Below are positions 40,918 through 58,060 of a DNA stretch of 64,000 nt, piece by piece. The notes under the pieces are model-generated. The model saw only the letters and a program-made list of their open reading frames with translations. It searched no databases and was not told the origin of the DNA. Every line of letters begins with the position of its first letter. The stretch's first letter is position 1. The stretch comes from Octopus sinensis. Lineage: Eukaryota. The stretch spans positions 930,001 to 994,000 of the forward strand of contig NC_042997.1 of assembly GCF_006345805.1 (NCBI RefSeq), given 5' to 3'. A program made the position numbers and the translations under genes.

Positions 40918-41200
40918 TATGCGCGTAGTTTAGTGGTTAGGGCAATCGTCTCTTGAACGTAAGGTCGTGAGTTCCATTTCCAGCGGCTCGTTCTGTCATT
41001 AAGCAAGGCACTTTATTTCACATTGCTCCAGTCCACTCAGCTGGGAAAAATGACTTGATTCTGTAAATCTAACGTCCGGATTTTCACATTCTGTGTCACG
41101 CTTTGGAGTGCTCAACCACTTGCACGTTAATTTCATGAGCAGTGTATTAAGCTGATCGGATCAACTGAAAAACTCGTCGTCATTACAGACGCAGTGCCAG
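40918..41200 (+). mobile_element. tRNA-derived SINE
   Basis: Head GCGCGTAGTTTAGTGGTTAGG...GAGTTCCATT, body homologous to 21057-21312. Confidence 0.7.
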
Positions 41201-41617
41201 TTATATATAACTTTTAAAACTTAACGCTTCTGTTGACAGATAATAGATATTATTTCTGAAATGAAGTTTCAAGAAAAGCAGAAACAAAATTGGATCCATG
41301 TGTGTGTAAATGTGTATTTATTAATAATTTTCTTTGAAATTTATTTAAATTCTACGTCATAGAATTGATGCCAACCAAGTCACAAGACTTCTATCTTTAG
41401 TTAAAAGAGTTCTTCTGTTAACAGAAAATATAAGTAAGTGGTCGAGTTAGAGCATGCATATATATAAAGTGGTGCTCCAGCATGGCCTCAGTCAAATGAC
41501 TGAAACAAGTACAAGAATATATAGGATGCATACACCTGGCTTCATTGCTGATGTGTTGGAACACGTACATATGTGCCTCATTACTTCTTACATGATGTCT
41601 GTCTTTGTTGATGCACG

Positions 41618-41661
<44 letters not shown>

Positions 41662-42132
41662 TTAAATATCTGATATTCTTTAAATGTGTATACGTACGTA
41701 TGTATATGTGTATGTTTATGGGGTGTGTTATGTAACGCCTCTTCAGTTGTGTGGTATTACGAAGAGTATTTTTTATTAAATAGCTATTTTGATGCGTTAA
41801 GCTAAATTACGAGCAATAGATTGATCTGCAACGGATTATCTTTATTCCTCTCGTTCTTTTTGTGTGATATTATCTGATTACCTTAGAAATCCGACTAATA
41901 ATATTCACAGCTAAAGCTTATCATCAAAACACTAATACTTCATTGCATCGTGACCCCTCCTCCTCCAACCCTCCGTCTTTTCATCATCATCATCCTCATC
42001 CTCCTCCTCATCATCATCATCATCACCTTCTTCTTCTCTTCTTCTTCTTCTTTCTTCTTCTTCTTCTTTGTTCCCTTTATCAACTTCGTCTACTGCAGTA
42101 TTTTCATTGTTGCTTCTATAATTATTAGCATG

Positions 42133-42550
42133 CCGCTGGCGGTGCACTGACAGAAACGTTAGCACGCCGGGAGAAATGCTTATTGACATCATTTCGTCTG
42201 CAGCTACGTTCTCAGTTAAAATTCCGCTTTGTCGACTTTCATCCTTTCACCCTTTCGGTGTCGATATATTATGTACCACTAAAACAATGAAGTCAATGTG
42301 ATCGACTGTCCTCCTCCTCTCAAAATTCAGGCCTTGTGTTTATATTAGTAAGGATTATTATTAGCATGCTGGGCAAAATGTATTGCGGCATTTTGTCCGT
42401 CCTTACGCTCTGGGTTCAAATTCCGCCGTACTCGATTTTCCCTTTCATCATTTCAGGGTCGATAAAAACAAGTACAAGTCAAGCACTAGGGCTGATGTAA
42501 TCGATTAAGTCCCTTCCCCCAAATTTCCGGAGTTGTGCCTATGATAGAAA
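42133..42550 (+). mobile_element. Two adjacent SINE copies (family of 6240-6452)
   Basis: CAGAAACGTTAGCACGCCGGG...GTCGACTTTCATCC at ~42148 and GTTCAAATTCCGCCG...GGGTCGATAAAA at ~42414. Confidence 0.7.
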
Positions 42551-42552
42551 TT

Positions 42553-44790
<2,238 letters not shown>

Positions 44791-44799
44791 CATTAAAGT

Positions 44800-46285
44800 A
44801 GGAATAAGAGCCGGTTGCAGGGCCAAAATCAACGCCGACAAATCGGTGGGTTGCGCTTGGGCTCCTGAAGAGGTAGGTCGATGCCATCGGATGGCTTCAT
44901 CGGACGTCAGACTGACGGACCAGTTAAACTGCTCGAGGTCTGGTTTGGTCCCGACCTTCATGTAGATAACAACTGAGGCGAGGTGGAGTACAGAGTAACC
45001 AGTCTCACCCAGAAATGACCTGAGAAGAAGCTGTTCCTGAAATGTTGGGCAGAGGTGATGAATGTCTACATCGCCTCCGTTATCGTTTATCGTATGACCG
45101 TCATGCCTTGACCAGTTTGGGGCGTCTCTTATTTAAATTCTTATGGACGTGACGCGTTCCAATGATCATTCGGTCAGTTCGTTGCCAGCATCTCTGAGTG
45201 GCGGATTAGGTATGCCGTGGTTCCTAATGTGCAGAAACGCTCTTAGGTTTCGTCACCACCAAAAATTTCTGGACGGTGTGTGTGTGTAGGCTCCGTCTGT
45301 GAGGCTCGTCTTTCCGCAGCTCATCTCCTTGATAAAGCTGCAGTCCTGGGCGAAGAAAAGACCGAGATTGGGCGCCTGGCACCTAGAATGGCTTCAGGCA
45401 CTCACAGCCCTCTACCATTCGGGCAATGGGATCGATGGATGTTCTGCTTTAGAAATTCATAGACGATTAGTAGCGGGAAAGTGTGATGGTCTCGGTGAGA
45501 CTCTGGGTGCTGAGGAGAATGAACTGGCTAGTCTGCTCCGGTCGGAAACTATCATGGATAATTTCTTGATGTCCTTGGCCTGGCAGTGCTACTGGAGGGG
45601 GGGGCTACCAGTTCGAGATAAAGTCTATAGGCACAGATGTGTTGTCAGATGAGCTTGTCCGAGTTGCATGCAGAATGACGAAATCGTTTTGCACGCTCTC
45701 GTTCAGTGACCGGGCATTACTGACTTGTGGGGTTATGTCGAACAGCTGCTGTCACTTGTGAGACGGATCCGTCTTTAGTGTTGATGCCTCGCTGCTCTTC
45801 TTCAATAGGGCAGACAAGGCAGTTTTCAGTTGGCTCGTGGCTGTGGCGAATGAAGTTGTTTGGTGAACAAAGCCGAAAGGCATGAATACATATATTCCTC
45901 TTTCGTAGAGGTCTCCTTAAGGAAACTGAGGGTGGAGAAATAAGTACTGTCCTCGAGTGAGTTTATTTAAAGGTGGGTGAAAGTTGCGAAAATGGCACGA
46001 ATGGATGTTACTTTTCTAAGTGTAGACCAGTGAGTCGGAGAGAAAGAACTTGAAAGGGCACTTGTTCTTGGTGTTCGGGGAAACCCCGGGTTGGAATTCT
46101 CGATTATCCCTAGACGTCATCCTCTGTCAGGAGGGCTACATCTCTATCTCCCCCCTTTTTCGTCAAACTTTTATATACTGTTTATATTTCTTTTCCTTTT
46201 CATTGTATACTGTGTATAATTACATTTGTGTTACTTATTTAATTATTTTATCAATTCATTATATGTAAAACCCCTAATGTAGTGC
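44800..46285 (+). mobile_element. L1/Tx1-like LINE relic (C-terminal region and 3' UTR)
   Basis: GGLGMP-like segment and LPVRDKVYRHRCVVR*ACPSCMQNDEIVLHALVQ resembling the zf-RVT region; T-rich 3' end. Many stops. Confidence 0.5.
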
Positions 46286-46289
46286 TTTC

Positions 46290-47056
46290 GCTACCTGATC
46301 GTGTCGCCAAAACTTGTAGCGGTTTTGGGCAAGTCTAGCGCATTCGTGATATGGACAATGGTTTCATCCACTCTAATGCAGATGCAGCACAGAGGTGACA
46401 CCTGCTCATTCCTAAGGTTGACCCTCCAGTGCGTGGCGATAGCTTGGTCATGCGCTGCCACTATAGCGCCCTCGGCCTCTTTTTATAGTGTCCTATTTAT
46501 CAGCTAATTCCACTTATTCCAGTAACTTCTATTGTGGTTATATGGAATTGATTGTGTAGTCTATTCTTGCGTAATTCTTCATGACCTATTGGTACTTCTT
46601 CCATTTTCCCTGCTTTCAATACTCCCTCGTTCCTAACTGTCACAAGCAAGGTTTTCATATTTTGGACTAGGTATCTCGTTAAGCTCTCGAGTTCGATAGT
46701 CACGCAGTCTTCCACACTTATCAATCCCTGTCCTCCATTTGCTCTCTTCATGGATAGACGATCAGTGTCTGAACGTGGCTGATGGGCTCCATGCATCATT
46801 ACGAGATTTCTTCATTTCCTGTCTATCTCTTTTTCCCTCCTCCTCAATCGACTTCAGGTTTCCAGCGCCTTACTGAACTACTGTTACTGCGCGCTAGTTT
46901 ATTGCCGAAATTATGTTTCTGGCATTCAGATATGAAGCCAATATTTTCCTCACTCGCCGAATGAACTCTTTATTTGTCTTTTACTTTCATGTTTTTGTCT
47001 CTGATTCCATCTGCATCAAGTAGTTCCAGGTATTTATAACTGGATAGTGTTATTAC

Positions 47057-47130
<74 letters not shown>

Positions 47131-48560
47131 TATTATTATTATTATTATTGAGTGAGAGAGCAGTGCATGCTATCAAAGTGACACTGGGTTAAAAATACAC
47201 GAAGCCCAGTATACCCATCATGACTACCCGTCTGATAAGGGTACACCAGGCACATGCATCACAACCATATGTGCGCGACATGGTGATCTCATATCAAGAT
47301 TAACAGCACACATGTCCTTGCAGGTGGGGTGCATTTAGAATTTTCTTCTGATCGAGTAACCCACCCCACTCAAAAGGTCCCTGAATAAGGGTTGTTTAGG
47401 GATGTTGAACGAAACACCCATGATTCCAGAGGGGAATTATTCAGACCCCAAAGAATCCCTCTCAACACATGGCTCCCTCACTGCTTCTGCTCGTGATCAG
47501 AGATGCACATATCGTCAGCCACTACGGGACATGCTCAACTGGTTAAGGTCAAACAACTGACAAGAAAATCTGTGGTATTGAGCAGAATATTTGCTGTAGC
47601 CCTTCTTTCATACCAAGACAAAACAATGTACATGATAACACTTCCAATCAGTCAAGATCAGAAGCTACGAGAGCCACTGCCTGGTACTGCATTATTATTA
47701 TTATTATTATTATCATCATCATCATCATCATCATCATCATTACATTTCAGGCCCTTTCTTTCAATATCATAGTTTTTGTTCTGTGCCCTGTATTTTTGTT
47801 CACTTTTAAGCTCCCTCTTCTCTTTTCGGCCTATCACAGAAATGTCTGTTGAGAGCATATCTAACCGCGCCTGTATTCTTCTTTACCACCATAGATCTTT
47901 TCTTTCGTCACTCCCATTATATTTCTTCTTCTCGACATCAACACTCATATTTTTTGCTACAATAATACTTGCTGCCTTGATTAAATTATTTGTTTCTGTA
48001 ATGCTTTTTGTTCTGAGATATTTCAGAAATTCATTGACATTTTCGTTTCCTCGTTGAATTTCCACCGATCAAAGTTTTTAAGACTGCAAATAATGTCACT
48101 ATCATTCTCCTGTAGCATTGCCTTTATTCTGTCGTTGATGGCCTTTTGCCCATCTGTCATGTCACCATTAGTTTTGTTGTCTTCTTCCAGACCATCTATA
48201 TGTCTCTCCTCAAGTAAGCTATCAATGTTCCTTTCCTGTGGTTTATTAGAGATTTGAACTCAGTTTTCTGCTATGAGATTACATTTATCAGTAAGAACTG
48301 TATTTTCATCGTTTCCTCTGCTGCTGTTTTCCAATATCCGTCTTTTGACAGCTTTGAGCTCTACCACTATGCACCAACTACTTTTCTCATTGCTTTAAGT
48401 TGATCACATAATATCTCTGTTCTGTGAGTTGAAACAATTCTCTTTCGCTCTACAGATCATACATATGTTGTCGGTATTCCCTAATATGAGCACCATATTT
48501 GTCTACCGGGTTGTTCAGGTAGTAACACTCCATGAGCACAGCATTGACCTGTTTGTTTCA
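46290..48560 (-). mobile_element. R4/Dong-like LINE pieces (N-terminus and C-terminal half), interrupted
   Basis: N-terminal region at 47750-48560; YKYLELL, HGAHQPRSDTDRLSMKRANGGQGL and a knuckle relic at 46290-47050. No RT core visible between them. Confidence 0.65.
47149..47691. mobile_element. Non-coding interspersed repeat inserted between (TTA)n tracts
   Basis: GC-richer ~540-bp block with sharp edges against (TTA)n on both sides and no recognisable ORF; family not assigned. Confidence 0.5.
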
Positions 48561-49103
48561 TCTATGTCGTGTGTGCGAGTGCATTGCTGGACAACGACAG
48601 GCTGCAGCCGGACCAGTATCTCTGAAACTGCCAGGTGCAACACTGTCACCATCAAGGGCTTCAGCTTCATTACCACCATTATTCACAATATATTGTCTTT
48701 TCATTGTCACTCATATGAGGTAGCGATTATCAGGTTGCGCAATTACCAGTGTTTTTATTATGACACCATCACTAGATATAATATCGATCAGGACATGGAA
48801 AGATTCCAACATGTTTCTTTCATTATTATTTTTATCATCTTCACTGATATTATTATTTTCATTTTTTCACACTATTTGTCAATATTTCCTCTGATCCGAC
48901 ATCAGTCTTATCTAATTATCATTAACACTTTCGTTTTAGTACGAGGCTTCCTGTTTTATCAATTAGCGTAGACAATTTGATAGAACAACCCTTCTATAAT
49001 TATAAACCAATAAATGTAGTGAAACGAAACAAAGAAAGAAACAATAAATTAATGTCCAGCCATATATTTTTCGTGGGGTGTATTTGTTTAATTATGTGGA
49101 GGC

Positions 49104-49148
<45 letters not shown>

Positions 49149-49705
49149 TATATATATATTATATATATATATATGTTTAATGCTTTTGTGATCAATAATG
49201 ACTAGTATCTGTCGTTTGCTTTTTGTTGATTAACAAATGTGTGTATGCGCTTGTTATACATTACTTAATTTTATTTTGAAATATTAAAATGTGTCCATGT
49301 AAAGCTGGGTTGTAAACGTAATTAATTAGTTTACCTACTTACGTATTTGTGATGTGTACTTAATCGGGTATTCTCCAATATTTACTTTGATATATTTCGA
49401 CACTTTTAATGAGTATTACTTACTGAGGTGTTGTCCGACGCTTTGTCAGTGTGACGATGTGTTTACATATGTTGTGCGAGTGACCGAGGTGACACACATT
49501 TAAAATACATCGTTTCATTTGGAAAATAGAGATAAAGTTTAATGAGTATTACTTACTCGTATATAGTCCAACAATTTGTGAGTTATTTTAGGTTTCATTT
49601 GTTGCCTTTATTCCCAATATTTTCGGATAGATTTCGCAGCAGTTTTCTTGCTCTCACATGTTAAACGTCCCCGGTGTTCTCTCGTTAACCTTCCCAGGAG
49701 GCAGG

Positions 49706-49781
<76 letters not shown>

Positions 49782-50608
49782 CATTCAGTAGTTTTATTTT
49801 TATAGCGTGCTTTCACTTCACTACCGAGCGCAGCTCTGTGCGCCTTGGGTATGTGCTGTGATTTGTTGTGATGCTCTGATGGTTATTGTATGGAAAGTGT
49901 TCTGCGTAGGATGTGTGCAGTGCCTAGTAGTGCAATTTTCTCTATGATATGTGTTTGTAAGTCCTGGTGTTTTTGTTATGTATTTGTCTGAATATTTTTT
50001 TATCATGCCTAATGCACCTACTATGATAGGAATTGTTTCTGTTTTTAGATTCCACATTCTGGTTACCTCTATTTACAGGTCTTTGTATTTTGAAAGTTTC
50101 TCCATTTCTTTTAGAGACACGTTGTCATCTGCCGGTATTGATACATCAATTAGAAAGCATTTTTTTTCTTCATGATCTCTGACAACTATATCTGGTCTGT
50201 TGGCCTTAATTTCTCTATCTGTGTGTATCGGCATATCCCAGAGTATGGTTGCTTGCTCGTTTTCTGTGACCTTTTCTGGTGTGTGCCTATACCATCTTTT
50301 TTCTGTTGTTATTCCATAATGTTGGCATAGCTTCCAATGTATGTAGGTTCCAACTCTGTCATGTCTGTGAATATATTCATTCTTAGCCAGGACTGGGCAG
50401 CCAGAGATAATATGATTTATTGTTTCTTGTCCATCTCCACATATTTTGCAGTTACTTGTTATATTTCTTTTCATTACATGTTTTTGGTAATTTCTGGTGG
50501 GGATGCTTTGGTCTTGTGCTGCAATTAAAAATCCCTCTTGCCATCGTTTTATCATGGTTCTTTGCTGTTCTAGTTTTAGTTTGGATTTCATTTGTTTTAG
50601 AGCTTATG

Positions 50609-50761
50609 TTTCTTCTTCTTCTTCTTCTTCTTCTTCTTCTTCTTCTTCTTCTTCTTCTTCTTCTTCTTCTTCTTCTTCTTCTTCTTCTTCTTCTTCTTCT
50701 TCTTCTTCTTCTTCTTCTTCTTCTTCTTCTTCTCTTCTTCTTCTTCTTCTTCTTCTTCTTC
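50609..50761. repeat. (TTC)n ~50 units inside a Dong-like ORF
   Basis: Direct reading; LINE coding sequence continues on both sides. Confidence 0.9.
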
Positions 50762-53032
50762 ATATTTATTAGGTAGTATGATTTCTTGATGGTATTTGTT
50801 AGCTTCCTTAAATACTGAGAACAATTTTTTTGTTTTCCTCGTGTTTTGCCGCTATTTGTATCAGTTTTCCTTCCTTCTGAAGTAGATATTTTTGCAGTCC
50901 TATGGTAGTTATTTTATAGTAGTTTTCCAGCTATATAAGGCAACTACAACCTTCTATACGTTGTATATATAGTCTTTCTATGTCAGATTGTGGGTGATAC
51001 ATCCTAGATCCTGTCATTATTTTTCTTGTTTTCCTATCTATTTTGGTCAGTTAATTTAGTGTCCAGTTAAGGATATTGTAGCTGTAACTTATAACTGGGA
51101 CAGCTAAAGTGTTAATACCTATTATCTTGTTTTTAGTATTGATCTAACTCGTCTATATTATTCTTTTTTTATTTTCTCTTTCATTTGTGTGTGTTGTGTC
51201 TTATCTAGTTCATGGATTCCGAAGTATTTGTAAGTTTGGCTTTGGTCTAATTCTTTTATTTCGTTGTTTTTTATCTAGTGTGATATTGCTACTCTTAACT
51301 TGTTTTCTTCTCGTTTCAGGGTTACTTTGGCGCATTTTTCTAATCCAAATTTCATATCTATTTCTTTGGTAAATCCATGATCTGTCTTTAATAGCGCTTC
51401 CAGCTGTTTGTCATTTGCAGCTTATAGTTTTAGGTCATCCATATATATAAAAGGTGGCTGATCGTTTTGCCGTAACATTTATATCCGCATCCAGTTCTAT
51501 TTAGCATATCAGATAGAGGTGACAGTGCCAAGCAGAAAAGGAGTGGAGAGAGTGTGTCTCCCTGGAATATTCTTCTTCTAATGGGGATGGCTTTGGTTTT
51601 CATGAGTCCCTCTTTTGTTTGGAGCTGTAGCACTGTTTGCCATTTATTCATAGAGTGTCCTATGAATTTTATAATTTTTGGTGCTACTTTGTTAATGGCT
51701 AGTGTTTCGAGGATCCATGTGTGGGGGATGCTATCAAACGCCTTTTTGTAGTCGATCCACTTTCTGTGACTGTCTTTAGTTATGGCTTTATTAATCATTA
51801 GTTGATCTTTACAGCCATATGAGCCTTTGCGGCATCCTTTCTGCTCTTCTGGAAACAGGTTGTTTTCGTCCAGGTGCTTGTTCAACCTTTGCGATATCAC
51901 TGCAGTAAATGCCTTGTACATTGTAGGGAGACAGGTTATTGGTCTGTAGTTTTCTGGTTTTGCTGTCTCATTGGATTTGGGAATTAAGATGGTTTTCCCC
52001 TTCGTGAGCCATTCAGGCATTGTCTCTGGCTCTGCTAGTATGTTGTTAAAGTTTTCAGCCAGCTATTTGTGCATTCCTGTTAGATATTTCAACCAGAAGT
52101 TGGGGTTCTTGTCATGCCCAGGTGCCTTCCTGTTGCTTAGTCTTTGCAGTGCCTGAGTGACCTCTTCAGTTGTTATGGGGGTCCAAAGTTGCTAAGATGC
52201 TGAGTTTTTTGTTTTAATACTCATTTTTTTGTTGTTGTTCGTTCGCCGACCATATTTCTCTCCAGAATTCTTCCACTTCTTCTGCCGTTGGTGCTGCAGA
52301 GATTTCTATTTTATTTTTGCCAAGTTCTTGGTAGAACTTTCTGGGGTTGGAGTTGAACTTTTTGTTTTGTTTAAAGAAGCGTTGGCGTTTCTCTACCGGC
52401 GGATCCTTTGTGCTTTGGCAAGGATATCTTGCTTTAGCTTTTCTTTTATCTCAGGTAAATCTTTTTCTGTGATGTTGTATTTGCGGATTATTTTTGTTTT
52501 CTTTTTGTTGTTGAGTAGCGTTGATTGTCTACTGATTTCATTAGGAATCGACAGATCTTTTCTCATATTTTGTATTTTGTTTTGGATGTTATTTATCCAG
52601 AGGGTTTGTTTGGGTGGTGGTACTCCTGTTTGGATGGGTTTGAGTGAGTATCCAGCTTCTTTTGTGGCCGCAGTGGCTGCTGCGTATACTAAGTCATTTA
52701 GCTCAATGATATCGCTTTTTGTTTCAGTGGCTACTAGTTCCGTGACGGCTAGGTTTATGCTGTTTATAATTGGTGTTGTTGTTTGGGGTCGTGGATGATC
52801 TGGTGTTGATGGATCGTAATATTTCACGTATGTTTACATGTGTTGTGTTAGAGGTGGAGATGATATAGAGTTAAAATACATCATTTCGTTTCGAAAATAG
52901 TAATAAATTTCAATGAGCATTACTTACTCGGATATAGTCCAACCCTTTGTTAGTAAATTTTTGGCCCCATGCGATGTCTTTGTTTTCGATGTTTGTGGAT
53001 AGATTTTGGAGCATTGTTTTATCGTTCTCAGA

Positions 53033-53287
<255 letters not shown>

Positions 53288-53404
53288 TAATATCATTATT
53301 ATTATTATTATATTATTATTATTATTTATTATATTATTATTATTATTATTTATTATTATTATTATTATTATATTATTATTATTATTATCATCATTATTAT
53401 TGTC

Positions 53405-55900
53405 GTTGTTGTTGTCGTTCCTTCGTAACACAATGTAGCTAAAATTGCACCAGAGACTTTAGTCATTTGTTAAATCATAACAAGGACCTCAGACAGATAA
53501 TACTTTCCTTAAGATGTGAGCTGAGCCCAAGAAGGCTGCTTTGTGCTAGACATCAATCTTGCATGGGGTTTCCAGTTGCCTTAGGAAGGTTTGAAATTTC
53601 AACTGTATTGAGCCAAACGCTCGATCGCCACTCCTATCACTTATACATTGCCCTCTCGCATTCAATATAGTGTTGCCATTTCCACTTTCAATTCAGTTTT
53701 CTTGGTGATTTTATTTCACCCTCTTTACTTACAGCATACATGTCATTTGGTATGGCTACATCAATGATCTAACAGTATTTCCATTTCTTATTCAATATGA
53801 CAATATCCGGCCGAAGGTGGTCGTTTACACGATCCGTCTGAAAATTGCAGTCCCAGAGTATCGTAACGTTTCCATCCTCCTGCATAACTTTACTTGGTAC
53901 ATGCTCATACCAGTTCTCTATTACTTCCTATCAGGGGCAGGTAGGTGATTTCGGATGGTGGGTCCCATATATTGTCAGCATCTCTGTCGTTTTTCTTTCT
54001 ATTGCTTTTGATCCAGTCTATAATTACAAATCTATAAATGATTAAGGTCATTGAATTTATTGCTTGAATACGATTTTTGGAATTCAGCTTTGACTGCAGT
54101 AATGTTCTTACTCGCCTTGTCATTTATATCATTTCTTTACTATGTTTTATTTCGTTTGCTTCTAGTTTTCCCAAGTACTTATACCACTGTCCTTTCTCAA
54201 TTGCTGTCACTGCCCATTTGGTATTTCAGTTCCCTGGGATCCTTCAAATCTTCCACGTTTCATTTTCAATGTAGCGCATTTTCTATCCCAAATTCCATAC
54301 TTACGTCATTTGAGAAAATTTGGATATGTACAAGATTTTCAAGCTGTTTCTCATTTTTCGTATTGACCATTTCCTTTTCCCAAATCGTAAGCAATTTAAA
54401 CTTTGCGTACTATCGTATTGAGCGGTGTCATTACCAATACGAATATTAATAGAGATAAGCTATCACCTTGGATCTTCTGATGCAGGTTTTGCTGGAAGTT
54501 CTGGAATCTTGCATGGATAGCAGACGTGCTACCTGTGGCCAATGGTACAGTACCATTTGTTCCTTTCAACTATCTAGTACTTTTCTAATAAATCTGGCCG
54601 TGCCAAGGAGGCAAACGTTTCTCAAAAGCTAAAGTGGACATTCTCTTTACTTTCCTGTCAATACATTTTGATATTATGCCCAAGGCTCAGACAATAATTT
54701 TACAGCCGTGCCATCTCATATATAAAAGATTCTACACGTCTACTGGCTCGCCTTCCTTCTTAACTATCTGTAAATCAAATGGACATGCGGCATGTAATAC
54801 AGAGAACATGTGGTTTATGGTGCAACTGTGTGCGCGTTTAATGCCGGATTTAATGCTGGAATTATGTTTCCGGCATTCAACTTTAAATCCAATATCTATC
54901 TCAGATAATTTTACGTTGTCATATATTTCTTATCATCATGCTTAATTCCATCCGTCTCAAGTATTTTCAGGCTTTTTATATCTGGATTCAGGTTCAATTG
55001 CCTGACCTTCGTGCTGAAAATAATTCCATTAAGTGAAATATTGCAGAAGACAAATCTGCGGTATGATCTGGGAAAAAGTAAGGAAAAGCACAATCAGCTG
55101 TTATTTATGGATGATTTGGATGAATTTGTTCATAATATTTGTTGTACAATTTGACAGTCAAATTCATTCTGTGCTATTTTTTCAAATGTTATCAAGATTT
55201 AATGTGGAAGTTTAGTTCTTGCTGAAGTCGAGTATGCTTTACATGGTTTTGGGCTAGATAAATTAAAGTATCAGTCAGTTAATAAGTTCGTCCTACCAAA
55301 AGTTTAGGCCTTATGCGTGCGTTATAATCATTCGGTAGCCATACTTTTATTGCACGCATTCATTGAACTACCAATCACAGCCCTGGGTTCCTTGACTGTG
55401 GTGTTAGTTTGTCTTGAAATCTCTCTACGAAATGTGTGCGTGATTCCATCCAGTCCTGTTATCTGTATATTATGCAAGTATAAAAACCTAATTCTTATTG
55501 GTATATTTCTATAGGTATCTACATGTTACTTGATAATTACCATATCGGCCGAATAGTTTTGATCTCTTTGATTTTAATCGCTATGTCTTTCTCTGAGATC
55601 TTTTCTAGTGTATTTATCATCTTTATCCTGTTGGTATTTTCAAATATTGAGATGATTTCCAGTGTAGGAAAGTCAAAGACACAGCCTGGCAAATAGGCAA
55701 ACACAAATAGCTATTCCCTGTGCACTTTGACTAGACATTCATAGAATATTTGTTTAATTGTTTCAGTCAGTATCCATATATTCTGCTGTTACTTAATACA
55801 TCCTGCTTCATTACAGGCTTTTGGTAATTTCCCATGGGATTGCGTCGATTTTGCATCGCAACAAAGAATCATTCATAATTTTTGAATCCAACTCTGCTCA
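53405..55900 (-). mobile_element. R4/Dong-like RLE LINE, heavily decayed
   Basis: WDCNFQTDR...RPDIVIL...IIDVAIPND and LGSAHILRKVLS; 3' end followed by (TAA)n. 5' limit approximate. Confidence 0.7.
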
Positions 55901-56771
55901 ACGAATATTTGAAATTTCGCATATTTTTTCAAAATTTCTGATATTAATTCTTCTGTCCTCTCATAAATCTCTGTCATTGCAGCTACTTCTGTATGTGTTG
56001 TATACCTTCAAAAAATTTGAAAGCTTTTTCTATTTTTTAATCTTCAACAGCCGCCAACTGAAATATATGACTGTAAATTATTGTTGAGATAATTTCATTA
56101 TTGAAACATATTTACTCATCCTTTTCTTTCGCATTTAGCTTTGTTTGAAATACTTATCTCATGATTCTATAATATTACTTCTTACGCTTTTCCTATACAT
56201 TCCTTGCTATACATTACTTGAATAAATATATAATGCTATAAATTCCTTGAATAAATATATAAAAAGATTTCTATCCATAAACTTTGCAGACTGAAGAAAA
56301 AAGCTCAGACGGAATATTTTCAGTCATATTTCTTTTTATATATTTGTTATATAATACAAATGCATAATTCAAAGAAAATTGCCTGCTTAATCATTTTTTA
56401 CCCGCGAAAGTACCGTATGCGAAGCTGAATTTGATGTGCCTACATAAGACTATACGTACTGCATTAGCTGTATACACGCATAGAAACATATGCACACACA
56501 AACACATACACACACACGCACGAACACACACACACGCGCACACACATATGTGTATATGTGTTAAGAATTCATTCAAAATATCTCTCTCATTATGGATTTC
56601 AGTTCTAATATGAGCTAACATGGACATCGGCTCTAGTATAGGAGTGTAGTTGGATGTTGTTTGGGGGAAAATCGAAAACAAAACAACAGCAATGAGAAAG
56701 GAACATTTCCGGAAGTTCTCATTGGAAAGTTCAGCATCATATATTCATCATGTCTATCAGCGCAAGTTATA

Positions 56772-58060
56772 CGAGGGGCGTTCAATAAGTAATGCCCCTG
56801 ACCCACTTCCCATAGCAGTAGGGCAACGAAACTTGGCACAGTTATTAGTCTTTTTCTACATAGGAACCACCCAGAGTTACGCATTTCTCCCATTGTTTGA
56901 TGCAGCTCTGGAGACCGTTTTTGTAGAAGACCCCAGCTTGGTCCTCCAACCTGAACGTGACTTCAGAAATCAAGGCTGCATCATTTGGGAAACGCTTTCC
57001 TTTCAAAAACAACTTCATGACTGGGAAGAGGTGAAAATCAGAAGGTGCAAGGTCAGGAAAGTAGGGGGATGGGGGAGAGTTCATAGCCATACACCTGTGC
57101 TTCTGATCTGGCGACAAGTGAGTTGTGGACCGGAGCGTTGTCCTGCAGGAGGAGGATGCCTTTCCTGATCTTGCCCCGCCTCTTGATTTTGATAACTTCT
57201 CTTAATTTCGTCAAAAGTGAAGCATAATAGGCAACTGCAATTGTGGTACCCTTTGTCAAGAAATCTGTCATCACAACTCCGTCCTGGTCCCAGAAGACTG
57301 TGAGCATGATCTTGCCAGCGGAGGGCTGCACCCTTGCCTTCTTTGGAGGGGGTGAGTCACGGTGCTTCCACTGCATTGACTGGGCTTTGGTCTCTGGATC
57401 ATCGTGATGGACCCAGGTTTCATCCTGTGTAATCAGTCTTTTGAAAAATTTTGACTCATATTCTTGGCACATCTCCAAATTCATCCTCGAGCACTCGACG
57501 CGTTCTTGCTTCTGGAAAGGCGTGAGCAACCTGGGAATCCATCTGGCAGAAACCTTTTTCATATGCAAATGGTCATGAATGATAGTTTCCACAGACCCGG
57601 TACTAATCTTGACCTCATGGGCTATTTGGCGAATAATTATGCGTCGATCTTCCAAAATGGCAGCCTCAACTTGACGGACAGACGTCTCATCAATGGCAGA
57701 ATGGGCGACCAGATCTGGGAGCTGTTTTCACAGCGTTCCGACCATGTTTGAATTCACGATGCCAGCGTTTTACAAGGGCATATGATGGGGCATCATCACC
57801 ATAAGTTACTTTCATTTCATCAAAAGTCTCCCGTGGTGTGCGTCCTTTCAAATACAAAAACCGGATCACTGCTCGACACTTAACAGGCTCCATTTCACAC
57901 TTGACTCGGTTCAAACACCTGTAAATCAAAAACCACAATTAAATCAGAGCTGTAATTTGTCACTTACTCTATAGAGATATAAATGATTGCACATGCACAA
58001 TTTCAGCTAGATAAAACAACTGCAAGTGGGTCAGGGGCATTACTTATTGAACGTCCCTCG
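56772..58060 (-). mobile_element. mariner DNA transposon, decayed, same family as 22921-24189
   Basis: Same TIRs and TA duplications (56770-71, 58061-62). Motifs WIPRLLT, TQDETWVH, QDNAPVH, PDLAPSDFHLF; frameshifted. Confidence 0.92.
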
